A DNA stretch of 64,000 nt from Thermoanaerobaculia bacterium (GTDB lineage: Bacteria; Acidobacteriota; Thermoanaerobaculia; Multivoradales; Multivoraceae): contig OY762911.1 of the NCBI GenBank assembly GCA_963666565.1, forward strand, positions 4,128,001 to 4,192,000, in the 5' to 3' direction. The notes below the pieces were generated by a model that saw only the letters and a list, made by a program, of their open reading frames with translations, made no database searches and was not told where the DNA came from. Below are positions 41,026 through 49,451 of this stretch, piece after piece. The translations under genes were made by a program, and so were the position numbers. The number at the start of each line of letters is the position of its first letter. Within the stretch, counting starts at the first letter, position 1.

Positions 41026-42400
41026 GACTTGCGGGAACGGCCGCCGGCGGGCGCTCGCGGGCCATCGAGCCCTGGAGGTCCAACCGCAACTGGGTCCGTT
41101 CCCACTCCCCGTGTACGCGTCCCAGCGCCGACTCGTACTGTTCGTTCAGCCCCTCCAGATCCACGTCTTCGACGGCGCCCGGCTCGCTGCGGCGCCGGTG
41201 CGGCGCCGGCGGATCCATCCTCCAGGGCCTGCCGTACGCCTCGGGCGTGCCGCGGTCGAAGCGCGCCGAGCGGTTCGCCTCCCGGTACTCCTCGATCAGC
41301 ATCGTCCCGAAGCGCTGCAACTGTTCGACATGAGAGTCGAACGCGGCCAGGAGCTTCGTCTCGCTCTCGGCCGCGCGCCGGCGTTCGACCGGCTGGCTCT
41401 TCGCCTCGTGCGCCGTGCGCCGGATCGCGTCCAGGCCGTCTTCGCGGATGGTGCGCAACTGCTCCACCACGTCCTGCCAGAGGTCGTCGTAGTCGGCCCG
41501 CGCGTCCTCCATCCTGCGGTGATTCCGGGAGTAGCCGGGGTAGGAGTCGCCGAAGAGCTTGCGGCCGTCGAAGAAGGCGACGCCGGAGAAGAAGAAGCCG
41601 AGCACGAAGAGCAGCCACGATTCGGCGTCCTGCAGGCCCAGCGGCGAAGCCTGGAAGCGGCTCAGCGCCTCGGCGCCGATGTTCTCGCTCAGGTCGGCCG
41701 AAGCGTCCCGGAAGTGCGCGAGTCCCAGGTTGAGGACGAATGCGGTCGCAAGCCACCCCAGGATCGCCAGCACTCCCACGGCCTTCAAGAGCACGCGGAT
41801 ATGGCTCACGAAACGGCTGACCGGACCGAAGAAAAGCGCCGGCAGCACCAGGTTCACGACGCTGAAGCCCAGCGCCAGACCCCAACCGCCCACCAGACCG
41901 CCCTCGCTGCCGACCGCCAGGAAGGCGCCGTTCAGCCCGCTCTCGACCACGAACAGCAGGACGATCAGGCCCACCAGCAACAGCGTCGTCCGCTGGCTCG
42001 CGTAGTCCGGCTCGCGGTCCAGCCGGTTGCGGTGCTTGAAGTCGAAGAAGTCCCTCCGCCTGCGCTCGAACTCGTGCAGGTTCGCCTTGAGCGCCTGCAG
42101 TTCGCTCTGTTCGACCTCCCTGAACTCGGTCTCGGCCTTGCGCGCCGACGACTCCAGGTCGCCGGCGAGCACCGCCCGGTCGAGCTGGTCCAGATGGCGG
42201 TCGACCTGCTCGAGCTGCTCGTCGCGGATCCGTACCGCGTCGTTCTTCTTCGCCTCGATGAACTCCTCGATCTCGGTCTGGCCGGGGTCGTCCGTTGCGT
42301 CGAGCGGCGGCATGCCGCGCTCTCCCGCCTGGCGTCCAAGCCGTTCCGGCTCGATCTCCGCCCGCAGATCCTCGATCAGCAGTTCCGGGAAGACCTTCAT
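41012..42400 (-). CDS. Four-TM protein with flanking coiled coils (hypothetical)
   Basis: Helical N-terminus, TM block with VESGLNGAFL...GGLVGG, then SYPGY and a helical C-terminus. Confidence 0.7.
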   Translation of the reverse strand: MKVFPELLIEDLRAEIEPERLGRQAGERGMPPLDATDDPGQTEIEEFIEAKKNDAVRIRDEQLEQVDRHLDQLDRAVLAGDLESSARKAETEFREVEQSELQALKANLHEFERRRRDFFDFKHRNRLDREPDYASQRTTLLLVGLIVLLFVVESGLNGAFLAVGSEGGLVGGWGLALGFSVVNLVLPALFFGPVSRFVSHIRVLLKAVGVLAILGWLATAFVLNLGLAHFRDASADLSENIGAEALSRFQASPLGLQDAESWLLFVLGFFFSGVAFFDGRKLFGDSYPGYSRNHRRMEDARADYDDLWQDVVEQLRTIREDGLDAIRRTAHEAKSQPVERRRAAESETKLLAAFDSHVEQLQRFGTMLIEEYREANRSARFDRGTPEAYGRPWRMDPPAPHRRRSEPGAVEDVDLEGLNEQYESALGRVHGEWERTQLRLDLQGSMARERPPAAVPASRGGS

Positions 42401-42417
42401 CGCCGGCTGGAAGCGCC

Positions 42418-44142
42418 CTACTCCGCCGGCAACGCGAACGTGAACAGCGCCCGGCCGGCGGCGATCGTCACGTGCTGCTGCCCGCCCGCCTCGTAGCTGA
42501 TCGGCGCCGCGACGACGTCGCCGCCGAGCCGCCGGTGCCAGAGTTCGTCGCCGGTTTCGGCGTCGAGGGCGTAGAAGATGCCGGCCACGCTGCCACCGAA
42601 GACCAGTCCGCCCTTCGTGGCCAGCAGGCCGGACCTGGACCGGGGCTGCACCTGGTACTGCCACTTCCTGTCGCCGGTCAGCGGATCGATCGCGCGCACC
42701 GCGCTGACGTACTGGTCTGCCGGCCCGGCCGGCTTGCCGTAACCGCCGACGAAGAGCTCACCCTCTTCGTACTCGGCCTCGGCCATGTAGTAACGCATTT
42801 CCGCGTCGTAGGCCTGGATATAGAACAGGCCGGTGTCGGGGCTGTAGGTGGGCGAGAACCAGTTCGCTGCGCCGCCGATCGTCGGCGCCACGAGGGTGCC
42901 CTCCTCGCTGGGGAACATGTTCGGCACCCGGATCGGCCGGCCGGTCTCCTGGTCGATCCCCTCGGCCCAGGTCTGCCGCGCGAACTCGCGCGCGAACAGG
43001 AACTCCCCGGTCTCGCGGTCCAGCAGATAGAAGAAGGCGTTCCGGTTGGCGAAGGCCATCAGCTTGCGCCGCTCGCCCCGGTACTCGGCGTCGAACAGGA
43101 TCGGCACCTGGCAGGCGTCCCAGTCGTGGACGTCGTGCGGCGTGAACTGGAAGGTCCAGACGATCTCGCCCGTGTCCGGGCGAATCGCCAGCACGGAATC
43201 CGAGTGCAGGTTGTCGCCCTCGCGGACCTCGCCGTTCCAGTCCGGCCCCGGATTGCCCGTTCCCCAGTAGAGGAGATCGAGTTCGGGGTCGTAGGAGCCG
43301 GTCATCCAGGTCGGCGCGCCGCCCGTCTTCCAGGAGTCGCCCTCCCAGGTCTCGTTGCCCGGTTCGCCCGGTCCGGGAATGGTCCAGGTGCGCCAGCGGA
43401 GTTCGCCGGTGTCCGCGTCGTAGGCGTCGAGGAAGCCCCGGATGCCGTACTCGCCGCCGCCTATCCCGGTGATCACGAGGTCGCGGACGACCATCGGCGC
43501 CGCCGTGATCGACTGCCCGGTGCGCGGGTCGCCCACTTCCGTGTCCCAGATCGGGGCGCCGGTCTTCGCATCCAGGGAGACGAGATGCGCGTCGATCGTG
43601 CCCATGTAGAGCCGGTCGCCGAGAACGGCCACGCCGCGGTTCTGCTTGCCGCAGCAGAGGGCGAGCTGGTCCGGCAGTTCGTGAGAGTAGGACCAGTACC
43701 GCCGGCCGGTGCGGGCATCGAGCGCGATGACGACGTTGTCCGGCGTCGTCGCGTACATCACCTCGTCGATCACGAGCGGCGTGGTTTCCAGGCGTCCGAG
43801 GGTCGGCATCTGGTACACCCAGCGAAGCTGGAGCTTCGCGGCGTTCGAGCGATCGATCTCGTCGAGGCGGCTGAAGCGCTGGCTGTTGTACTCGCCCGAG
43901 TACATGAGCCAGTTGGCCGGGTCGTCGGCCGCGGCCTTCAACTGTTCGTAGGAGACCCCGCCCTGAGCGGACAAGCTGGTGGCCGCAATCGTGAACGCCG
44001 CAAAGACGATGGCGCCGAGCGGCCTGTTCGGAGCCGGCGCTGCGCGCCGGATGCCGGCGGGGGCGCCGGCGTACCCAGTGTGTGTCATCTTCTCTCCGGC
44101 CGTAGCAAGCAAGGTGACGCCGGAGTACTTGGTGTTTGTCAT
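42418..44142 (-). CDS. PQQ-dependent dehydrogenase, methanol/ethanol family
   Basis: LCCG vicinal cysteines, NRGVA, GGAPTWMTGSYDPE, WGTGNP, TPHDVHDWDA. Start 44142 or 44088. Confidence 0.92.
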   Translation of the reverse strand: MTNTKYSGVTLLATAGEKMTHTGYAGAPAGIRRAAPAPNRPLGAIVFAAFTIAATSLSAQGGVSYEQLKAAADDPANWLMYSGEYNSQRFSRLDEIDRSNAAKLQLRWVYQMPTLGRLETTPLVIDEVMYATTPDNVVIALDARTGRRYWSYSHELPDQLALCCGKQNRGVAVLGDRLYMGTIDAHLVSLDAKTGAPIWDTEVGDPRTGQSITAAPMVVRDLVITGIGGGEYGIRGFLDAYDADTGELRWRTWTIPGPGEPGNETWEGDSWKTGGAPTWMTGSYDPELDLLYWGTGNPGPDWNGEVREGDNLHSDSVLAIRPDTGEIVWTFQFTPHDVHDWDACQVPILFDAEYRGERRKLMAFANRNAFFYLLDRETGEFLFAREFARQTWAEGIDQETGRPIRVPNMFPSEEGTLVAPTIGGAANWFSPTYSPDTGLFYIQAYDAEMRYYMAEAEYEEGELFVGGYGKPAGPADQYVSAVRAIDPLTGDRKWQYQVQPRSRSGLLATKGGLVFGGSVAGIFYALDAETGDELWHRRLGGDVVAAPISYEAGGQQHVTIAAGRALFTFALPAE

Positions 44143-44144
44143 CG

Positions 44145-45089
44145 TCACTCCGGCCGCAGCGAGTAGAGGTAGGCGACCAGGTCGTCGAGGTCCCGGCCGC
44201 GGAAGAAGCTGCTCAGCGGCGGCATCAGCGACTCCTCCGGCTTGTCGACCTCCGCGAGATCCGCTTTCTGGAAGGACCGCAGGTTCTCGAACTCGTCCAG
44301 GAGCTGGATCGAGTAGCGGTCCTCGTTGCGCAGCACGCCGCGCACGATGCCGCCCTCGCGGGTCCGCACCTCGACCGTCCTGTAGTCGGCGTCCATCGCG
44401 GCGGAAGGATCGGTGATCGAAGCGCGGATGTGGCCCGGCGCGCGCCGCCAGCCAAGATCGCTCAGATCGGGCCCGATGCGGCCGCCCGAGCCGTTCAGCC
44501 GGTGGCAGTCGGAGCAGGAGCCGCGGCTCATGTAGAGGTTCCGGCCCCGCCGCGGATCGCCGGGCAGGTCTTCCTCGCCGCCGGCGCGGCTGAGCGAGCG
44601 CAGGTACGACACGACCTGCCAGATCGACCTGTCCGGCTGGTAGATGCCGCCCATGCCCGTGTTCGGGATGCCGGTCAGGATGTTGCGGAACAGCGCCGCG
44701 TCGCTGCTGCCGTGGCGGAAGACGCCGCGGGTGAGGTCCGGCCCGTCGGCGCCCGTTCCGTCCGCGCCGTGGCAGAGCGAACAACTGCGGCGGAACACCT
44801 TGGCGCCGGCCTCGATGTCGGCTTCGGTCGTGTGCGGATTCTCCTGAACGCGTTCCTGGAGCGCCCTGGAGAGCACGTTCTGGGCGGCGACCGGATAGCC
44901 CCAAAGCGCGATCGCCGCCACAAGAACCGGCGCCCCGAACATCGAGACCCGAAGACGGCGGTCAGGAGACCTCCGCCAACGACCGACCCCGAAACCCGTG
45001 GAGGGAGACTCCTCCCGACGTCGGCCGACCGGGCATCGGCGAGGCCCTGCTCCGGCGCTCCCGGAAGGCGTCGGTTCGACCGGTGACAT
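44145..45089 (-). CDS. Di-heme c-type cytochrome (partner of the PQQ dehydrogenase)
   Basis: CSLCH and CSDCH, GPDL, SLMP. Start 45089 (leaderless signature) or 44942. Confidence 0.85.
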   Translation of the reverse strand: MSPVEPTPSGSAGAGPRRCPVGRRREESPSTGFGVGRWRRSPDRRLRVSMFGAPVLVAAIALWGYPVAAQNVLSRALQERVQENPHTTEADIEAGAKVFRRSCSLCHGADGTGADGPDLTRGVFRHGSSDAALFRNILTGIPNTGMGGIYQPDRSIWQVVSYLRSLSRAGGEEDLPGDPRRGRNLYMSRGSCSDCHRLNGSGGRIGPDLSDLGWRRAPGHIRASITDPSAAMDADYRTVEVRTREGGIVRGVLRNEDRYSIQLLDEFENLRSFQKADLAEVDKPEESLMPPLSSFFRGRDLDDLVAYLYSLRPE

Positions 45090-45263
45090 GGCGGGAAGCG
45101 TAGCACCCGAACAGTGGGCGAAGGTCGAAACCCGAGGGGCGAGGAGGCGTATACTCGGATACCGTGCAAGCCGCATCGGACGCACCGACGCTCCAAGTCG
45201 TAGACGCATCCGGCATCCGCAAGGTTGCGTGACACCCCTCCATCCGACTCCGAAGGACACGAC

Positions 45264-46835
45264 ATGAACCGGATCCCCTTCCGCGCGCTCGCGGCAACGA
45301 CCGTCGCACTCGGACTGTTCGCCATGCCGGCGACGGGCCTCGCCCTGAACCTGGACCAGCCCACCTTCGTCGACGACATCGCGCCGATCCTCCACGAGAA
45401 CTGCGCGTCCTGCCATCGGCCGGACGAGATCGCGCCGATGTCGCTCCGCACCTACCGCGAAGTCCGGCCCTGGGCGCGTTCCATCGCCCGGGCGGTCGAG
45501 AACGGCGACATGCCGCCCTGGGACGCCGATCCCGGCTACGGCCCGTGGGCGAACGACATCTCCCTGAGCGACGACGAGATCGCCGCGATCACCCGCTGGG
45601 CCACGAACGGCGCGCCCCGCGGCGACGGCGACGAACCCGTCTACGAGTCGCCGGCAACCGGAGGCGACTGGGCGCTTGGCGAACCGGACTGGGTCTACGA
45701 GTTCGATCCCTTCGCGGTCGCCGCCGACGGGCCGGATCTGTTCGCGATCCTCCCGGTCGAGACCGGCTGGGAAGAGGACCGCTGGATCCGCGCCGTCGAG
45801 GTCCAGCCCGGCGACCGCGAGGTGCTCCACCACTTCATCCTCTGGCGGGCCGCTCCGGGCGGCGAGGTCCAGGACGCCTGGATCGACGCCTGGGCCGCCG
45901 GCATCGGCGCGACCGGATTCCCCGCCGGCACGGCGCGCCTGGTCCCCAAGGGCCAGGACCTGCTCGGCGACTTCCACTACCACCCGAACGGCACGGCCTC
46001 GACCGACAAGACCCGCATCGGCGTCTGGTTCGCGGAACCCGAAGAGGTCGAGAAGGAACTGATCAACCTCTGGGTCATGAACTCCACGTTCAAGATCCCC
46101 GCGGGCGACGCCAACCACGAGGCCCGCGCCCAGCACGTCTTCACGGACGACGTCGTGGTGCGCTCGCTCGGGCCGCACATGCACTACCGCGGCAAGGACA
46201 TGAGCTACACGGCCTTCCTGCCCGACGGCACGGAGCGCGAACTGCTGAGCGTCAGCCGCTACGACTTCAACTGGCAGACCTTCTACGAGTTCGCCGAACC
46301 CGTGGCGCTGCCGGCCGGCACCCGGGTCGAGGTCGTGGCGCACTGGGACAACTCCGCCGACAACCCGGCCAACCCCGACCCGACGATCGACGTCACCTGG
46401 GGCACCGAGTCGACGGACGAGATGCTGATCGGGTTCGTCGACTACGTGGCCGCCGAGGGCGTCAGCCCGAAGCCGGCCAGCCCGGTCATCTCGAAGCTGG
46501 CGGAACTGGCCCAGACGCACCCCGGCGAGGCATGGCGCTTCGACATCGAGCGCGAACCCGGCAAGGGACCGGAGCCGACCGCCATGCTCCTGCCGCGCAA
46601 CGGCGGGCAGGGCGGCTGGTTCGTCCAGTTCGGCACCCTCGTGCTGCCAGCGCCGATCGTCGACATCGTCTGGGACGGCGACCACGTGACCGCCACCGCG
46701 CAGACGCCCGGCAACACGATGCAGCTCAAGGGTTCCGTCCAGGCGGACGGCACGCTGCGGATGCACATGGGACCGGGCGAGGTCGTCGGCACGCCGGCCG
46801 GGAACGAGACGCCGTCGACGCTGCCGACCGGGTAG
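45264..46835 (+). CDS. Heme-c plus copper type II (PHM/DBH-like) monooxygenase domain protein
   Basis: Signal peptide, CASCH...MPPW, VLHHF, FHYH, PHMHYRGK, DEM (CuM Met). Confidence 0.8.
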   Translation: MNRIPFRALAATTVALGLFAMPATGLALNLDQPTFVDDIAPILHENCASCHRPDEIAPMSLRTYREVRPWARSIARAVENGDMPPWDADPGYGPWANDISLSDDEIAAITRWATNGAPRGDGDEPVYESPATGGDWALGEPDWVYEFDPFAVAADGPDLFAILPVETGWEEDRWIRAVEVQPGDREVLHHFILWRAAPGGEVQDAWIDAWAAGIGATGFPAGTARLVPKGQDLLGDFHYHPNGTASTDKTRIGVWFAEPEEVEKELINLWVMNSTFKIPAGDANHEARAQHVFTDDVVVRSLGPHMHYRGKDMSYTAFLPDGTERELLSVSRYDFNWQTFYEFAEPVALPAGTRVEVVAHWDNSADNPANPDPTIDVTWGTESTDEMLIGFVDYVAAEGVSPKPASPVISKLAELAQTHPGEAWRFDIEREPGKGPEPTAMLLPRNGGQGGWFVQFGTLVLPAPIVDIVWDGDHVTATAQTPGNTMQLKGSVQADGTLRMHMGPGEVVGTPAGNETPSTLPTG

Positions 46836-46917
46836 CGGCGGTCCCGGTGGGGCCTGGGTGCGCGGGTCTTCCGACCCGCTGCCGCCGAAGGCGGCCGCAG
46901 TCGCTTCGCTGGCGCGC

Positions 46918-48024
46918 ATGAGACTGGCCGCGTACCGGCTGCGCCGGCGCTCTCGCCGGCTGGCGGTGGCGGCCGCGGACTCGTCGGCCTTGCAGAGGCT
47001 TCCCCGGCGACGGGCCGTCGAGGCGGCAGGAACCCTGGGGCTTGCCGCGCTTGCCGCGCTTGCCGCGCTGGGCTGCGGCGCCAACGCGCCGCCTCCGGCC
47101 GACGGCGACGGCGGCACTCCGCCGCCAGTGGCGGCGCCGGAGTTCACCGCGCCGATCGTCTTCCAGCGTTTCGAGAACACAGGTGCTACGCCGAAGATGC
47201 CCGGCTTCTACGGCGGCGCGGACATCTGGATCATGGAGGGCGACGGCAGCGGCGTACGCCTGGTACGAAAGGGCGTGCCGCAGCACCTGGACCACCCGTC
47301 CCTGACCTTCGATCTGCGGAGCGTCGTCTACGCCGAGTTCACCGACGCGGAAGCCGGCGTCGAAGCCGGGGCCCGGATCTTCCGCGAGGATCTGGCGACC
47401 GGCGAACGCGAAGTGCTGCGCGAAGTCGAGGGGTGCGCCGTCCATCACGCCAGCGTCTCCCCGATCACCCGCCAGCTCGTCTACGCCCGGAACTGCCCCG
47501 AAGGCGACGGCTTCAACCAGGGACTGATCGTCGAGATCGGCGCCCGCCGCCGGCTCGATGCGGCCCAGACCACCGCGCTCCGCGTCGGCAACGGCGTCGG
47601 CCTGCCACGCGCCGTGCTGTTCCAGGCCGAAGGCGAGCCCGTGGACGGCGAGCGGCGGATGGAGATCGCCATCATCCGCTTCGACGGCTACGGCCAGGGC
47701 ACCTACGCCGCCCTCACCGACCGCGACCACCGCCACCGCCGGCCCGCCGTCTCGCCCGACGGCCGAACCATCGCCTGGCAGACCAACCGCGAAGGCCCCG
47801 ACGACGACATCTTCCTGGCCGACATCGACGGCTCGAACCAGCGCCGTCTCACCGTGTCCGACGCCAACGACGGCCACCCCTGGTTCTCCCGCGACGGCCG
47901 CTGGATCGTCTTCGAGTCCGACCGCTCCGGTAACTGGGAGTTCTGGAAGATCGAGATCGAGACCGGTGAGGCGGTGCAGTTGACGGACGATCCGGCCTAC
48001 GTCAGTACGCGGCCTCGCTGGTAG
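46918..48024 (+). CDS. TolB-like (PD40) beta-propeller lipoprotein
   Basis: LAALGC lipobox; PAVSPDGRTIAW and PWFSRDGRWIVFESDRSG. Start uncertain. Confidence 0.8.
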   Translation: MRLAAYRLRRRSRRLAVAAADSSALQRLPRRRAVEAAGTLGLAALAALAALGCGANAPPPADGDGGTPPPVAAPEFTAPIVFQRFENTGATPKMPGFYGGADIWIMEGDGSGVRLVRKGVPQHLDHPSLTFDLRSVVYAEFTDAEAGVEAGARIFREDLATGEREVLREVEGCAVHHASVSPITRQLVYARNCPEGDGFNQGLIVEIGARRRLDAAQTTALRVGNGVGLPRAVLFQAEGEPVDGERRMEIAIIRFDGYGQGTYAALTDRDHRHRRPAVSPDGRTIAWQTNREGPDDDIFLADIDGSNQRRLTVSDANDGHPWFSRDGRWIVFESDRSGNWEFWKIEIETGEAVQLTDDPAYVSTRPRW

Positions 48025-48200
48025 GGCATTCCCTCTTGTAGTATCCCACCTGTGACGAAACGGACGAGCATCGTGACAACACCGGCGGCGCCCTCTACCC
48101 TCTCGTCGAAACGTGAGTGGCATGCACGCGATTCTGTTCCAGTCCTAAGCGTCGCGACGGTGTCGCTGCTGGCACCGCTCGTGCCGAGTCGGGGCGCTGC

Positions 48201-49451
48201 ATGAGGATCGACTACCGCGACCCGCAGCACGAGCGGTTGCCGCACATCGTCCGGTTCTCGGGTGGCCGCTCGTCGGCCGCGATGACCTTCCTGCTGGCAG
48301 ATGCCGGCGTCCTGCAACCGGAGCGCGGCGACGTCGTGCTCTTCGCGAACACGTCCGCCGAACACCCGGGCACCTACACCTTCGCCGCCGAGTGCAAACA
48401 CCGGGTCGAGCAGGAGTATGGGATTCCGTTTCTCTGGTATGAGTTCTGCACCGTCGAGGACGCTTGGCGGGGCTCTTACCGAAGGAAGCTCTCCTACCGT
48501 CTGGTAGACGCCGTACCGGTCCAACGGGATGCCCAGCGCGGCTACCGCTCGAACGGCGAGGTCTTTGAGGAGCTCCTGTCGTTCCAAGGAATGCTGCCGA
48601 CGCCGATGTCGCGCTCCTGCACGTCGAAGCTGAAGCTCTACCCGCAGCACCTGTTGCTGGCCGAGTGGTTGGGGCCTGGCGACGGTCCGGCACACGACGG
48701 CCACCATGCGGAGCGGCCCTTCATGACCGCAGACGCGGCGATGCGCCTCTACCGCAAGAACCGCGGGAGCGCGAGCGAGGACAGCTACCGAGAGCGCGTC
48801 GCCTGCATGATCGGAAAGCCGCCGGCGCGGCAGAAACAGCGCTGGAGCGACTTCACGTCTCCTTCGTCCGACAGATGGGCAGCTAGGGAGTGGGCGCGAA
48901 ACCGTCCGCGGCTCGTCGAGCTCTGGGGGCGCAAGGCCGCCCGCTTCGTGACCCTACTGGGGCTGCGCGCGGACGAGCCCAGTCGCGTACGGCGAGTCGT
49001 GTCGCGATCTTTCTACGCCGAGGATGCGCCCAGGCGCCACTGCTCGGTGCGCACCCAACCGCCAGGCGAACGACCCTACTTCCCGCTCTTCGACGCGGGC
49101 TTCGGCACTGAGGACGTTCACGAGTACTGGAACGGCCGGAACTTCGACCTGGCCTGTCCATCCCATGCCGGCAACTGCGTCTTCTGCTTCATGAAGGGAA
49201 CGGAGCAGTTGGCGCGAGCATCCCAGCTCGAGGACTCGCTGCGCCAAGAGGGACGACCTTCGGACATTCGGTGGTGGGCGGCGATGGAGCGGAAGTACCG
49301 CCGCGAGGCGCCGAAGCGAAACGGCGAAGGCGTTTCCCGATTCGGTTTCTTGGGCGTATCCGGCCCGACCTACGAACAACTGGCGGCGGGCGACCCCGGT
49401 CGGCGAACCCGCTTCTCCGGCGGCGAGCCCGCCTGCGACTGCACGGACTGA
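48201..49451 (+). CDS. PP-loop (PAPS-reductase/adenine nucleotide alpha-hydrolase-like) Cys-rich protein
   Basis: FSGGRSS PP-loop, FANTSAEHPGTY, RSCTSKLK, GLRADE, GNCVFCFMKG, C-terminal CDCTD. Confidence 0.8.
   Translation: MRIDYRDPQHERLPHIVRFSGGRSSAAMTFLLADAGVLQPERGDVVLFANTSAEHPGTYTFAAECKHRVEQEYGIPFLWYEFCTVEDAWRGSYRRKLSYRLVDAVPVQRDAQRGYRSNGEVFEELLSFQGMLPTPMSRSCTSKLKLYPQHLLLAEWLGPGDGPAHDGHHAERPFMTADAAMRLYRKNRGSASEDSYRERVACMIGKPPARQKQRWSDFTSPSSDRWAAREWARNRPRLVELWGRKAARFVTLLGLRADEPSRVRRVVSRSFYAEDAPRRHCSVRTQPPGERPYFPLFDAGFGTEDVHEYWNGRNFDLACPSHAGNCVFCFMKGTEQLARASQLEDSLRQEGRPSDIRWWAAMERKYRREAPKRNGEGVSRFGFLGVSGPTYEQLAAGDPGRRTRFSGGEPACDCTD

Noticed and set aside
47041-47068. 9-bp tandem repeat (cttgccgcg x3) as a contingency locus
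   Set aside because: It is an in-frame LAA repeat in a signal peptide, so it cannot shift the reading frame.
48025-48200. Island attachment site, tRNA or integrase at the left border of the defence operon
   Set aside because: No tRNA-like sequence, integrase or direct repeat could be seen.
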